Of a stretch of 64,000 bases of DNA, positions 27,702-41,500 are shown in pieces. This DNA comes from Yuukianura sp. NJ FZ-2021 (lineage: Eukaryota): NCBI GenBank assembly GCA_046563655.1, contig CM102290.1, forward strand, positions 9,176,001 through 9,240,000, given 5' to 3'. How positions within the stretch are numbered: the first letter of the stretch is position 1; each line of letters begins with the position of its first letter. Below the pieces are notes generated by a model. It did no database searches and was not told the origin of the DNA. It was given only the letters and a program-made list of their open reading frames with translations. The translations under genes and the position numbers were made by a program.

Positions 27702-29283
27702 TTAGTCTCGTCCAACTTTATCTTTTGAAACTGGTCTGTCAATTCTCCACAAGTTTTGGGCTAGTGCATAGTAACCTGTGTATTCAACCGTTTCAGGTGA
27801 AAGGTCATAGTGGTAGTGACCTGCATGCTTGCCATCAAGGCTCCAACCATGAGCGTGCTCAATTCGTAAATCCAGTCCCTGAACAACATCAAAGTTAACA
27901 AGTTTGACACAAGAATTAAAAATAGTTGTCACCAATTCTTTTTTTTAACTTATCGTTAGAACTTACAGGGTCTGTAGATACTAATATAGATTGGAACATC
28001 ATTGGTGGATCGATTTGGTAGTATTGAAGCCATTTGTGGACTTCCTCGTCAGTTTCAAGCGGAGTTTCAGAAAAGTCAGGCATGACATGGATATGACTCT
28101 GCGATTTTTGTATTAGAAATAGTCCACCGAGTCCAATTGGTTCCGTTCCGAATTCCTGTGACAAAGAACTACGGATGCTGTCTGTAAAGTTCATGGAAGT
28201 GTCCAGTCGCTTGGAGCATTTCAGTTGTAGCACCTATAAAGATATTCAACATTTTGCATTTTTAAGGGCTAGCTTTAGGCTAATCGATTGGTTAAATTAC
28301 TTTGCCAGGAATTCCGGATGACACCAGGAGATTTGACATTAGAGCACAAGTTGACTCTGTTTCATCAAGTTGCCGAACTATGATGTCCGTTTTTGAACCT
28401 GGTGATGTGAAGGCAACTCGAGACTTGTTCTTTGTAAGCGTACCATCTTTGTCCAAACGCATGCTGACAATCATCTTTTGAAAAAATGCGGGCAGTATTT
28501 CACTTTTGTATTTGGTAAATTGAATTTTTGCATACAAGCGTTCCTTCTCACCTCACAATTGCGTCCTTGTGACTGCCACGGTCCTGCTCCTGCGCCGCTA
28601 ATGTAAAATCCATTTGGGAATCCATCACTTACAGATCCAATATACTTGGGCAGGATTTCCGAAAAGTCATACACTTTTGACCTATCCACCGTTGGAATCA
28701 AATAAGGCACTCCGCCCAGGTCAATTATGTCACTTTGTCCTCCACCGAACCCTGCAGCATAAAAACATCACTGTTTATGTAACTTCCGTATTATTTAATA
28801 CTGGTCCAGAAATAACATATTTGTAATATGCAGAGATGTCAAAAATATGTGCTAAAAATCCCCGAAATATGGACAAAAAAATATGTTTTTTAAAAATCGC
28901 CCAAATATTTACTTATTTAACATTAAGGGCATGGGTAAATAAATAAATATTTAGCAACAAAAACCCCCCAAATATTTTTTTTGTTAACATTACGGGCATG
29001 GAGACTAAATATGTTTGACATCTCTGTAATATGTTACCTTTCGTTGCTAGTTCGAACGGAGGTGACGTCAGATCCGGACAGTCCACGATTTCTACTTGAA
29101 CATCAGCGAAGAAACTACGCAAATTTTTCTGCAGAGCTTTAAACAAAAACAACTTTTGAAATTCGTCTAAAACAAAAAAAAACTGAATCAGTATTAGTAA
29201 CAATTGAAATTACCATCTCGAACTGCCTCCAGCCCAACGGCCTTCAACTCGAACTTTTCAGAGGGAAGCTCAACTGCAGCCAT
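27702..29283 (-). CDS. C11orf54: C11orf54 / DUF1907 zinc-binding ester hydrolase-fold protein homologue (multi-exon)
   Basis: FADVQVEIVDCPDLTSPPF, DLGGVPYLIP, GAGAGPW, IGLGGLFLIQKSQSHIHVMPDFSETPL and GLDLRIEHAHGWS..HAGHYHYDLSPETVEYTGYY..A..LWRIDRP. ATG at 29283. Confidence 0.92.
28831..29026. mobile_element. hAT-like MITE in a C11orf54 intron
   Basis: TIRs CAGAGATGTCAAA(A/C)ATAT, flanked by direct repeat TAATATG (28824-28830 and 29027-29033). Confidence 0.75.
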
Positions 29284-30805
29284 TTTTCTATTGTTTTCGG
29301 AAGTGCGTTTGCGATACTTTGAAGTCAACTGCTACACTGCTAGTCTCTGCTGTCTTTTTTAGAAATCTTTTGCTTTCCAGTTCATACGTCACAAGAAGCA
29401 GATTATAGAAACTCAAAGTCAAGGAGAGTCACGTATGAATAGGGATTCAAAGATCACTTTATAAATGTGATGCGAGTAGTTAAACTGACATGCATGACGT
29501 TATTACTTGACAAGGCATGTGTATGGCAAGCCTTAAATTCTGTTTAATAAGGCGAGGTTAGACAGATTCGGTTACGTACGATTTTACATTAGTAGACACG
29601 AGGTGGCTATCCTGAATGTACGAATACGAAATTTGTGAAATATGAAATTGTCCAAAACAGAAATCAGCGAATTTGGAATATATTTCGGAAATTTTCGTAT
29701 TTCTCTTTTCGTCCGTTTGTTACCACTAAACGGCAAAAACTGGATGAAAAAAATGCCTGCTGCGATAGTTAGCAGCGTTTGCGAATGTGGAAAGTGTTGC
29801 TGTAGTTATCTAAGCGCCATATCAATAATTCATTTGCACCAACACATTGGAATATAGTTCACGATTGTTACGATTTTCTGCGTACACGACTAGGTAAACT
29901 TTGACCTGGGGTGAATTGAAGGTTACAGAAGTCGTACATCCATTTACTGCAACGTTAAGATAACTCCTACATCATTACAATCTTAATGGATCCACCGATC
30001 TTTTGATGATTTTTAACTTTTTAACAGTATAATTTTTTAGTAAGAAGAAAAACAAGGCAAGATTTTTGAAGCGTGTTCCATGAAACCCCTGATTTCTGGA
30101 CGAAGATATTGGTTTCATTAAAACGCTGCCGTACCTGACAACTACATAGTTGCAAGTGCTAGTTTTAGACGTATGGTTGTAGTTTTGAGAGCGTCGTATT
30201 AATCATGCAGAAAATGTGCCCGAATTCTTGTAGAAAGTTACGTGCTAACGACACTGTCCATCGCCTCATTAAGACTCAAATAAGAATAATTTTATCAAAG
30301 CTTTTTCCTCAATTTTGAAATTCTGAAAGATAAACTTGCTGGCCAGAATTTTATTACTCAGGAAATGATATACCTGCAAAATCAAAAAAGTGACCTGTCA
30401 CTTGACCTCTTCTGGAACACTCCGCTCTGGGTAACTTCCACTTTCTACTCAGGTATGGTTAGATTCTCATCTTCCAAGTGCTTCAGTATGTCTGAACTCT
30501 TGGGTTACCCTGATGTATGTCCTCTCTCGTTCAGGTTCTTTTTGGAAGATGTTGTTGTTGAACAACGCAGAGAAAGGTGTCCGAAGCCCTCCACAATTTG
30601 AAGCAGAAGAACTCAGCAGGACAACAAAAGAGAAGATGATCATCGTCAAGATCACCATGAATTTTTTTCTTGTTGTTGTGAGGGAATTTGGGACCAGCAT
30701 CCAGGTTATTCCTTTTGTATGGAACTACAAGGACTGAAGTTACTCCCTACGCCTCACATTCTGCTGAGGAACGAAGAAAAAACTATGGTAGAGCCGAAAA
30801 GCCCG

Positions 30806-31897
30806 GAGCCGAATTCTTTTGGAATCTAGACGGTCTCGTAGACCGTCTCGAAGACGAAGACCTATTCTTTTGGCGGGCTTCGGGAGGGTCTTGAGACAAA
30901 GTCTTGGCTAGACAAGCCAAAGACAGCAAATAGACCGGTTCAAAAGAATAGCCGTATTCTGTTGCAGTCTACGAGACCAAAAATGAAGACTTTTTCGTAG
31001 CCTGCTCCGGAGCAGGCTAAATCATAGTCTTCGCTTTCAATTCTTGATCAGTTGTCTCTAGAACTTTGAAAAATTGTACCTAGTAACAAGTACGTGCTCT
31101 ATTATATCGCTGCCAATACTTAGTGGTCAGTGCCTTATGGTCAGTGCCAACTATTAAGTACCTAATGGTCAGTGCTTACTATTCAGTGCCTACTAAACAT
31201 TACTTAATCGTCAGTACCTAACGGCCAGTGCCTCCTATTCAGTAGTTAGTGGTCAGTGGTGCCTGCTATTTAGTAGTGTCTGAGTCAGTGGACAGTGCAT
31301 TTGAACACCATTTCTCAAATGCTAGTGCATCTCCCTTGGACCACCCCGTCCCCATACAGAATGAGCTAGTGAGTGAACACTGACGACTAACGCACTGATC
31401 CACTCTCTCGAACGTATCTGCCCCCCCCCCCGCCACTGAACTAGGCCAGTGACACTCAATTCTGTCAATGTACAATGAGAGTTATCAATAAATAATACTT
31501 AACTTGTGTCAAAAGGTGAATGAATGATGCCTGGCACTGACATGTAGTTCAAATCGCTGCTGGAGCAGGAGGCACTGACGATAGAACGCACTGACCAAGT
31601 TATTTTTATGTGTTGTCAAAGTTAGTTGTTAAAGTTAATTTAAGTTAAAATTTTTAAGTTGGACAAAAGGTATTGTTTACTTCTAATTGAAAAACTATTT
31701 TGTTTTGGCGCCTTGAGAAGTTGAGGCGAAGTGAGACAAAGTTGCAAAGACAGTCTCAAAGACTGTCTTTAGATCAAGACCGTGGAAGACCGTCTTCCAA
31801 GATTCGCGGAATTCGGTCTGCAAAAAGTCTAGAGACCAGTCTTTAGCCGGCTTCGCTGAAGACTGGTCTATAGACCATTCTGAACGGAATTCGGCTC
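30806..31897. mobile_element. Non-autonomous TIR DNA transposon (3-bp TSD; PIF/Harbinger-like by inference)
   Basis: Terminal GAGCCGAATTC / GAATTCGGCTC, CCG duplicated on both sides, AGAC/GTCT-rich subterminal repeats at both ends, and an internal CAGTGCC repeat run at about 31120-31300. Confidence 0.7.
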
Positions 31898-32546
31898 CCG
31901 AAGAACACTTTCTGCTTCTGACTATTTACTCCAACGCTGTCTCTCTCACAACTTCCTCGAGTCCAAAATTCTCCGTCGACTTCAGTACCAACTTGGACAA
32001 GGTCCCTCAAGCAACTTTTTTGGTCTTCGCTCTGTCCAAAAAAAATTACTCTCTTCTGCTTCAGCGTCGAGCGGTCGATTCCCCCTCGTAGGTTCTCACA
32101 TACTCAAAAACAAGTTTGGAAAAAGTTTTCTTTCCTGAGGATCAAACAGTTTCGAAATTTACTTTAAAAAAACTGTTTTTGGACGTTGTTTGATCAAAAT
32201 TCTAATCAGAATTTTGGATTCAAGCTCTAGAAGGTCTCAAAAGTTAAAATTCAGAGTTTTCGGGTTTTGGAATTTCTGGAAGTGAAAGTTCACTCGTTAG
32301 GAGAGAAAGTTTAAGAATAGTTAACCACCCATTTAGTTTTGGCGAGATAACTGTTTCCTCAAATAACACCGAGAACACTTAAGTGTTATTTTGGTAAAAC
32401 ACACGGTTCTGTGTGTTTGAAAAACTGTCTTTTAGAACGAATGTGTTTTAATAGAAATGGCACAAGAATTTAGCGACTGGACACGGTGGACGATTGTTTT
32501 TGCAGACTGTGAGGAGAGACGGATAAACTTTTGAAATTTTTCAAAA

Positions 32547-35500
32547 ATGGAACTACGCCCAACCTGTTTCATCAAATTTTGGATCTGTTTTCTATTTGGT
32601 AAGTTCCGAAAGAAATTCTAAAACGAAATAACCAAAAACAGGTATGTCCCCCATGTCCCATTATGAACAAAAACTTTAGGATTTTGAATCCGTTTGTTTT
32701 GCGTTGCTGTTAATTTTGTTTTTTTGAACTTGCTGTACATTTGTACAATTTGTTCCCCCCTTGTGACACTCAAAATGCTTGAAATTTGCAAACCGTTTTT
32801 GTTTTCGCAAGCGAAGCTGTGAGTGCCAAGTGATTTGAATTAAACCAATTTGGAAATGGAGTGTTTCAAATAGCGAAACGGCAGACAGAGAATCAAAGCA
32901 TAGGATTTTAGGTTGCCAAATTTCGAATCACTTTGTCTTTTTTCTCCTAATTCACTAAAACAACTACTCAAATTAGCTTTACACTTCAGAATTAATTTGT
33001 GCATGGCTTATACACACATGTCACATCATGTGCACAAGTAAAGCTTCAAAAACTAAAATTAAAACGTTGTTTGAAACTCTTCTCGAAGTTTTTCGAAACG
33101 TACAAAAACATTTTAGTTTATTATGTTTTTTTTTCACCGTAAGTATTGTTTTTTTTTATTAGATTGGATTTTTCATAAAACGGTTCCATTTGAATGGTAG
33201 AAGATTTCCAATGAGACTTTTTAGACTTTTTCATGTTTGCAAAAGTGATTTGTCCTGTCACTCAAAAATTGAGTTGCACAGAACAGGGTGGCAGTATGCA
33301 GTTACGGATTACGTAATTTGTGAAGTATGCCAAAATTTATGTCCGTTAACTTCAGATTACGTAATTTGTGAACAATGTGCAAAAAATGTGTTTAAAGTTG
33401 TGCAAAACACATGTCCAAAGTGGTACACAAACTTCTATTTGAGTGAATTAACATTTATTTCTGTTCAAATTGAGAAGACAATGCAAATTATTGTTTCACA
33501 TTGTGAATTGTATGCTTTTTTGTGTACACAGAACAACATCCACACAATAAACATAAAGCACGAACAAAGTTTTAAGTTGCACAAAGTTATAAGTTTTTTG
33601 TGAGAAATAAATGTGGAGTGGATCTCATTTCATGAATGAATGAAACTTCATCTCCCGTGGTGCCAAAAAATGAAAAAGAAGCGTTTTGAAAAACAGATGA
33701 GGTTTTTTTTTTAGAATTGGAAAAAAACATTTCAAATGTGGTTTTGATTAACATTTTATTTTTAAAACACTCTCTTTTTCTTACATTAAGGTTCAAAGAT
33801 TCACTTCCTCTTTCCAAGTTTCAACTTTGGTTAGCTTTTACTTAAAATTTTAAAACGTTAATGTAAATTGTAATTCATGCTAACTTGTGAGAGTCGTGAA
33901 AAACTACTTTTTGTTGATGCCAACACATGCGTACCACCAAGGTTGTGAATTTTTTTTAAACGTCGCCATGTCAAGTGACCACTCTCTTGTGAGTGTTCAT
34001 GAAATTTGGATTAACGATATGAAAAAACGATTTTTTTTCAAAGGAAAATTTTGTCATGTTCCATTACTTTTTTTTCAAAAGGGAAAGCCAGAAGTGGACC
34101 CTTCGTCAAGGGATCTCTAGGGGCCCTTGAAAATGAAGCCCTTATTTGAATCCTCGCTAGAATATCATACAAAGGGACCCCGGAATGACAGAAAATAAAT
34201 GCAGTTAGGTCAAGAAGGACAAAAACAAAACCGGCGAAACAATAAAAGGCGAATTCTTTCAAAATTGATTAATTTCAGCCAAAACAAATATTTAAATAAA
34301 ACACTTTACCTTTTGTCTTTTTTGTCTGTGTAATTTTTTTTGCTACTTCGACTTTCGTCACTCTGTCTCTCAAGATTCGAATTCGACGTTTTTGTTGCAC
34401 AAGATTTCAACTCGTCTTGTATTGTAGATAGTTTCGTTCAATTGCAATTGGATTATTTTTTCGCATATTGCTTCGTCTTTTGTTTTGCTTTCTCGCATTG
34501 AACTTCGCCAATTTTCGACCGATTTGAAATCGGTCCATTTGTTTTCGTTGTTTTTAACATAGAAAACTAAACTGAATGACTGTAAAGGAGAAAGGGCCCC
34601 TTTTTTAAGGTTCGTCCCTTGAGGGCCCCCTCTTTTTTTTAAGTGTTAGTCATCTCATGCTTTCCAGCCTCCGAAAAAAGAGGGATTCACATCTGTTTAA
34701 TTCGATATTTTGGACACATGGAAGATGAGGAGGCTTTTTTTCCTGTTTAAGATTTTTGAGATTAGTTTTACATGAGGTTTTTTAAAACAAGGGATTACTA
34801 TTTTAGGGACGCAATTGAAACGGAGAAGGGAGTATTTTTTTTAAATTTGAATTTTCCCACAATTTGACACTTCACCCAAACTGTCCTTCCGTTCTTTGTT
34901 GTTGACCAAAGTGGTGCGTGTTTTGGAATTTTAAGATCCAAGTTAAACCTGTTGTTTTTCACAAAAATTTCAAGAAATTTAGTGTTTTTTTTTCCCGCTT
35001 TTTTTTTAAATTCGGGGCAGAATTTCTAGCTTCAAAGGATAATGGAATGGAGTTAGTTTTTAGAATTTCAAATTTTTGAACTTTGGCGGGAATTTTAAAA
35101 GGTTTGTAACTTTTATTTTTTAAAAAAAGGCTTTTGGTTGTATACAGAGGAACGAAAGTTTGGGAAAAAATTTTTTCTTTTGTTCTTTGGAAAAAAGCAA
35201 TGGAATTTGGCACAGTTTTTGGCAGGCGGAGAATTTGAAAGTAAAATTAAGGGGAAAATGGTGGGGTAGAAAACTCGTGTTTCGTACCAGAATCTTCTAT
35301 GCCCCACCTCAACTAGAAGTTCGATATAAAACGCACGGGTTAATGATGGGAAAGTTAACATTTGGCGCGTAATTATAAAAGAAAATTGCTGCAGATTCTA
35401 AAAAGTCGCAGGTTTCCATCGTTGTTTTCTTTTTCCGGCGAAGAAAGCAACTAGAAAATTATGCTCCACGCTAAAGCAAAAACATGGAACATTTGCACAC

Positions 35501-38500
35501 TTTTTGAATTTGTACAATTATTGTACTTGACTAATAAAGCACTTTCGACCCAGATCGAAACCTGTGAAGGTCAAAGAAGGTCAAAACTTTGATCCAAATT
35601 TGTGTAGACGTCAGAACTGTATTCGAAGTTTGTTCTTTGTCAACGTTGTGTAATCAAAATTTAAGCATGGTCAGCGTTCCGTTTTTGAGGTGAAGGCTCA
35701 AAATTTGTGCATGGTTAAAATTGTGTATTCGATATTTGTGTATAGTCAATGTTATGTATTCGAAATGTGTCCCTAATCAAAGTTTTAAAGTTGTGCACTC
35801 GAAATTTGTACATAGTCAATGTTGTGTATTCGAAATTTATGCTTCGTAAAACCTATTGTGCTATAAGTTTGGGCAAGGTCAAAGGTCAAAGGTCTAGCCG
35901 TGTTTAACTTTTTAAAAGACATACTAGTACGTACTACTGTGCAGCGTAAATAAGTGTCAGTACATTTTCGAAAAACGAAAGCTTTTAAGAAAAGTTTTAT
36001 GCAGAAGCAGAACCTTCCGTGTGAGGTTCTGAAATCGATTGATGCGTAAGGGTGCTGGTCTAGTACGCGTTTTGACTCTGACAAAATTATTCCATCAACC
36101 TAGACTTTGATTTATGTAATTTTTGAATTAAATTTTTCCCGCTCTCCCGCCGTTCCTTTTTTTGAACAACTGTGAGTCATCTAACTGTTCACGCTCCTTT
36201 AAACCAATCCCCTACAATATAACTTTTCATTTATAAAAAAAAGAATTCCATATAATAACAGTCGAAAATAATGCGGAAGCAAGCTAGGGTTGCATCGATT
36301 ACGCACAGTTCAAAATCGAAACTTTGCGATTTGTATCAAAATTTCAAGGGTTTCAAATTTTGAACCTTTAGAAGATCGCAAATAGAAGAACAGAAATATT
36401 ATTGCGTAATGTGCGAATTAATCACTTTTATGTAATTCATTTCATGTAACACAGTTATATTCCAAACTTATATTAACATTTCCGACAAAAATTTACAAAA
36501 TATTTCCCTAGTGTTCCATTTTAGCTAGAAAATCGATTTTGATCTTAACTTTAAATATGACATCAATTTTCCATACTTTGGTAAACTTTTTACGAAATGG
36601 CACATTAAACTTCGTTAATCGTTTTTATAAACCACAGAGTTCGAAACTTTGATCAACTTTTTTGAAGCATTAAATAACTTTTGAATCTGATAGAACATCA
36701 ATTTTGAAGCTTTGATCGAGTTTGCATGAAACGTGAAAGTGGTCGATCAACGTTCTTGTCCAATTTGAACAAGTTTAATTTTGAGGAAGAATGCCTACTT
36801 TGCCTAAACTTCCGATTGATTGTTTCCTCATGCAGGAAGTACCGTTTGTGTGTTTTGATGTTTTTTGATGATAGTTTACCTCTATTTCCTCAGTAGCTTT
36901 CTCTGGAATTGTGAATAATGGACAGACAGAGAGGGAAAGAAAGTTTGTTCAAGTTGAGATTCTCAACAGCATTTTTGGAGACCGTGACTATACTGGTCTA
37001 TCGGTTGTGTGTAGATGGGATTTGAAAGCATGTGGACTGAGACTGCGCAGTGCGGAGGAGGGAAAGTATTGATTTCCTCTGGTTAGGTTAGGTTCTTCCT
37101 TCTAGTTGGAAATGATTCCCCAGACAGACGGAGAAAGCTACGAACTTTTAGTCTTCCAATTTCCTCAACGACGTGGGTCTCCCCATTCCCTGTTCTGAAC
37201 AGAAAATCCAAAAAGAACTTTTGGAACTGGAGTTTGTCCGTGTATACTAGGCCTTACGGAATGTAACTTCCTCATCTAACTCAACTCTGTTTCAATTTTA
37301 CCTCCGCTGGGTTTGAAATTGTCCAGAACAAGTCGTTTCGTTCTGGAGTGATGAGTTAACGAAGGACGATGTCACATGACATGAATTAAGAAATGCCGTA
37401 CAAAGCAAAGAAAAAGAGTTAAGGACGGTTTGTCGCGCCGCTGAAAAAAGTTAAAAACGGCTTGTAGTATACCGATGAAAAAAAAACTGAAGGGCATTTT
37501 TATGGTATTTCAGAAAAAAGTTAAGGACGTATGTATTGTAGCGGGAGAAAGTTAGTTAAAGGAGTGCAATATGACAAATGGATAGTTGCTAACAAAGCGG
37601 AGTCATTGTAACTTGGAATAAAAAAAATGTACGTAGAAAAAAGTATGAAATATGGACATTGTAACAAAGACTGAACAAAGTTGAAGGAAATTTCACATAT
37701 GGCTGCCACTGTAGCCGTTCGTTGTAAGCCAGTGAATTCAAAGGACTCCGCCATTCCCTCTCTTTTTATTATCTTCTCAAGGAATGCCATCAAAAAAAAA
37801 CGCCATCACTCAAATTTGTAATTTTCTTAGGCTCCATTTCAGTATTGGACTTTCTCCAAGTCTTATTTTTAGTCTCTCCTTTTTTTCCTCATCCGCTCTA
37901 CTTTAGTTTCTGCTTTTCAGCTGACCTCACGAACTCCGGCTTCAAATAAACCAAAACACTAACCTATACCCTAACATAACTGCCACATAACATAAATAAC
38001 GTAAAACCATTCTTATATAACACAGTACCAAACATAATAACTTAATAATGTAATCTTAACATTACATAACAAAATAATCCTATACATGCGTTTTATATAA
38101 CATAAACTTAATCATGCAGATTACCCCAACATGTAAAGCAAAATTTCAAAGGCACTTGTTTACTCTTTCTTTGATCAAAACTTTAACTTGGTTTTTTTAA
38201 ACCGCTCTCTTCAGCCAAAGGCCTTGTTATAATTGGATTGAATTTTGCATCTTTGTTTTTCAAAATGCAAAATGATCAAGTGGGTTCACTTTGAAAATGT
38301 GAACTTGGAGTTTCAAATTTTGAGACGCTCGAGGTCTAAATAGGGGTCGAAATTCGGATTTTGACTTCGGATCCAAATCCGAATTTTTGACGAATCCGAA
38401 TAATTCGGGATTCGGATCTGACAGCATGCGGATTCGGATCCAGACGAATTTGATACTTAAATAGATGTAGGGCGAATTTAAATTTTAAGGAGCCTCGTTT

Positions 38501-41500
38501 CGGAACTGTTTTTAGAAAACGCAACTTAATTCTGTTCCTTGTGTTTCCCATTCCGTTCAATCTTACTTTTGAGTCCAATAATCAACCTTAACTCAAATCT
38601 GTTGAAGTTTACTTGTAGCCAATCAAGGCTAAGCATTTTGGAAATCAAAAATTGAAACTGAAAAAACAACACAAATATTTATTCAATTTGTAATGCAAAG
38701 GTCATGGAGCGACGAGTCTGGAACCTTGGACTGATCCCAGTTCAAAACTCCATGACAGCCGAAGCGATACTTCCAACTGCGGATTCCAAACTTAGTCAAT
38801 TTGGATTGTCTCTGTCCGAAGACATTGTCAGTACCGTTACTGATGTTCTACCAACAACAACTAAAGCGGAGAGATCATTTTCGTTTGCCGGATATTTTTG
38901 TAGCAAAATACGATCACGCCTAGTCGATGACACTTTAGACAAACTCTGCTTTCTTCGTTCGTATTTTCAAGTGCTCTCATTAGGTAGATTGCAATCGTAC
39001 GTAAACTTATGCGTTCACGTAGGAGTTTTGAGTTACGCGAGCTTTTCGGGTTAGGGGGCACTAGTGCGGAGGACTTTCTCCGTACGTAAACTTATAAGTT
39101 TGGATGAGTTTGAACGTACAAATCATCCATTGCGCGTTTGAACCTACGTTCAGTTTTATATGTTGGATTTTCAATTATATTGGATTAAATTATTATTATA
39201 TTAATTATAGTAAGTTATATTTATGACGTAATTGATAAATATAACTTATTAATTAATCTACTAATGTAATATGACCGTATACTATATTATAAAATATCAA
39301 TATAAATGAACCGATAGGCTATAACTATGAATTATGTACTACAGTAGTTGTACTAAGTTTTTATTCCGCACAACATGAGAACCTATGGTCAAAGGTCATC
39401 ACATTGTCTTATGTGGTGAATTTATGCAAGGGAAATATCATTGGAAAGGGCGTGATACTCTGATTCATGAAATGTTCATGTTGCAATTTCTGATCTTCAG
39501 TTCAAAAGTCACTCGGGGTCGGGGGTCAACCGCTAGGTCATCGCGTGACTTGCGCTAATTTTTGAATTGAAGGTCAAAAGTCGCAGCTTATAACAATTTT
39601 ATGACTCAAGGGGTCAAACCATTTCCAGTGACTATATCAGTTGCATAGATATGGTTACCCCAGGTCAATGTGTGACCTTTGACTCCAAACGTTTTGTGAC
39701 CTAGCGGTCGTGGGGTTGAAAGCTTATTGAATAATCCTGTTTATGTAAGCGGTAAAAGGTTTCAGCATGCTCGTACCGGATATACTTGCTTATGGTGATT
39801 TTCTATTCCATTTTAATTACTAAATGTTCCATTCTTGGAATTTGTAAGTTGAAAAATTCGAAGTTCAAACGCGCGATTTCAACCTAGAATCCCTACGTGA
39901 ACTTTGCCAGCTAACGCAGAAAGAAAGTGGTCAGCTGTAAACGCGCGTTCTACGTTCAAACGTACAATTGCAATTTCTCTATTTACTGAGAGTCGTAGTC
40001 ATCACCACTGAGTTTTAATACTTTTTACTTTAGAAAACAAGCTCAACATAAAAGGGTAGTTAGTGTTCAATCATAAATAAAAGTGTTATTTTTTAATTTC
40101 TATTATGTAAGGGCGAATTTCTTAAAAAAGTGAGATCCGAATCCGGATTCGGATTTTGCTGAGATCAGATTCGGATAGATTCGGGATTCGGATCTGGGCA
40201 AAACCACGACGAATTTCGACCCCTAGGTCTAAAGCAAGCTGATGATCGAGAGGAAAGTGAAGGACTATTGACAAGGAGGTGCACACGCATACCAAGGGAA
40301 GGGACGTGCCCAAGCATGCTACTTTCTAACTTGCAAAGTTTAACGGTCCGGGCAGCGGGAAACTTTGATTTTGGAATTTAGCGGGAATGGAATGTGTTTT
40401 GGTTTAAATTACATTGGGTTTTGTGCTGGAATGATTTTGTTTTAATTTTCTATTTTAAGTGATTTGGAGTTTTCATTTGGAGAAAGGAAGTTTTTAGGCA
40501 CTACACTTTAAGGACGCGAGGAGGCCTTAAAGGCAATAAATAATTTTATAACCGAGGAGAGCCACACAGGGCATCATAATAACTAACTATAACCTAACCT
40601 TAACTCTTCCGACGACTGGAGGGACTTCAAGAAATTTTAACGTTTTGAAATTTCCCGCGTTCACTCGGTTCCTTTTCAGTTTGATGGGCACTCAAAAGCG
40701 AAATCAATGGAGCTTGTAACTCAAGTGCTCCATCTTAACATTTTACAGTTGTTAAAAAGAACGGCTCGCGACTTTAAAAATATAGTTGAAATTTGAGCGG
40801 TAAATTTTGAAATTAAATGGAATTTTCGAGTAAAAGTTCTTGAAAATTTTCACTGCATAGAATTTTGTGTATAATTTTTGCTCCTAAATGCACTGGCAAC
40901 TGGCATCGTACTTTTGTACAAGATTTTGTTTTTCTATAGCATGTTAGCAGATTATTATTTATGCACTAAAATGTATGCATTGATTTTTTGACGTTACCAG
41001 ATAAAATTGTGCACGCATGCTTTCGGAATAATGTGTGCACTACACAAAATGAATTACCGTAAATTCCCAAATAATATATTACGCCAAAAAATTAAGGTAG
41101 CATACCAAATGCAATAATACATTACCGTAGATTCCCTGCTACCCCGAGATACTAATAAGTGTTTCGTCAACCATTCAGACATAGTGTCAGTAATTGGAAC
41201 CCAGGCTAAGGACATTACTTAGAACCAGGGAGCTATTCGGAAATTTACTGTAACCATTAATTTTCTTCGTAAATTCGTTTGTTCTGGAGAAAGTGACAAG
41301 TCATGAAAAGTGTGAATTATGCAAATGAGGCCCAATGTTTGTTTCCCGCAAGGAAGGAGTGGGCGTAACTTGGGGCGTCGTGAGATTTTTATTTGTCTTT
41401 ACTTTATTTCAATTAACAGTTCCATTGCTGCCTGGCCTTGAAATACACTTTGAGCAGCGTGACGGTGGATTCTTCATCCGACCACCGCCCGCCGCGGGGG

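Larger units (their letters stand above)
38341..40225 (+). mobile_element. Internally deleted hAT DNA transposon in TMEM132 intron 1
   Basis: TIRs TAGGGGTCGAAATTCG, exact 8-bp TSD GGTCTAAA (38333-38340 and 40226-40233), TCGGAT/ATCCGA subterminal arrays, and a transposase remnant at 38704-38970. Confidence 0.92.
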
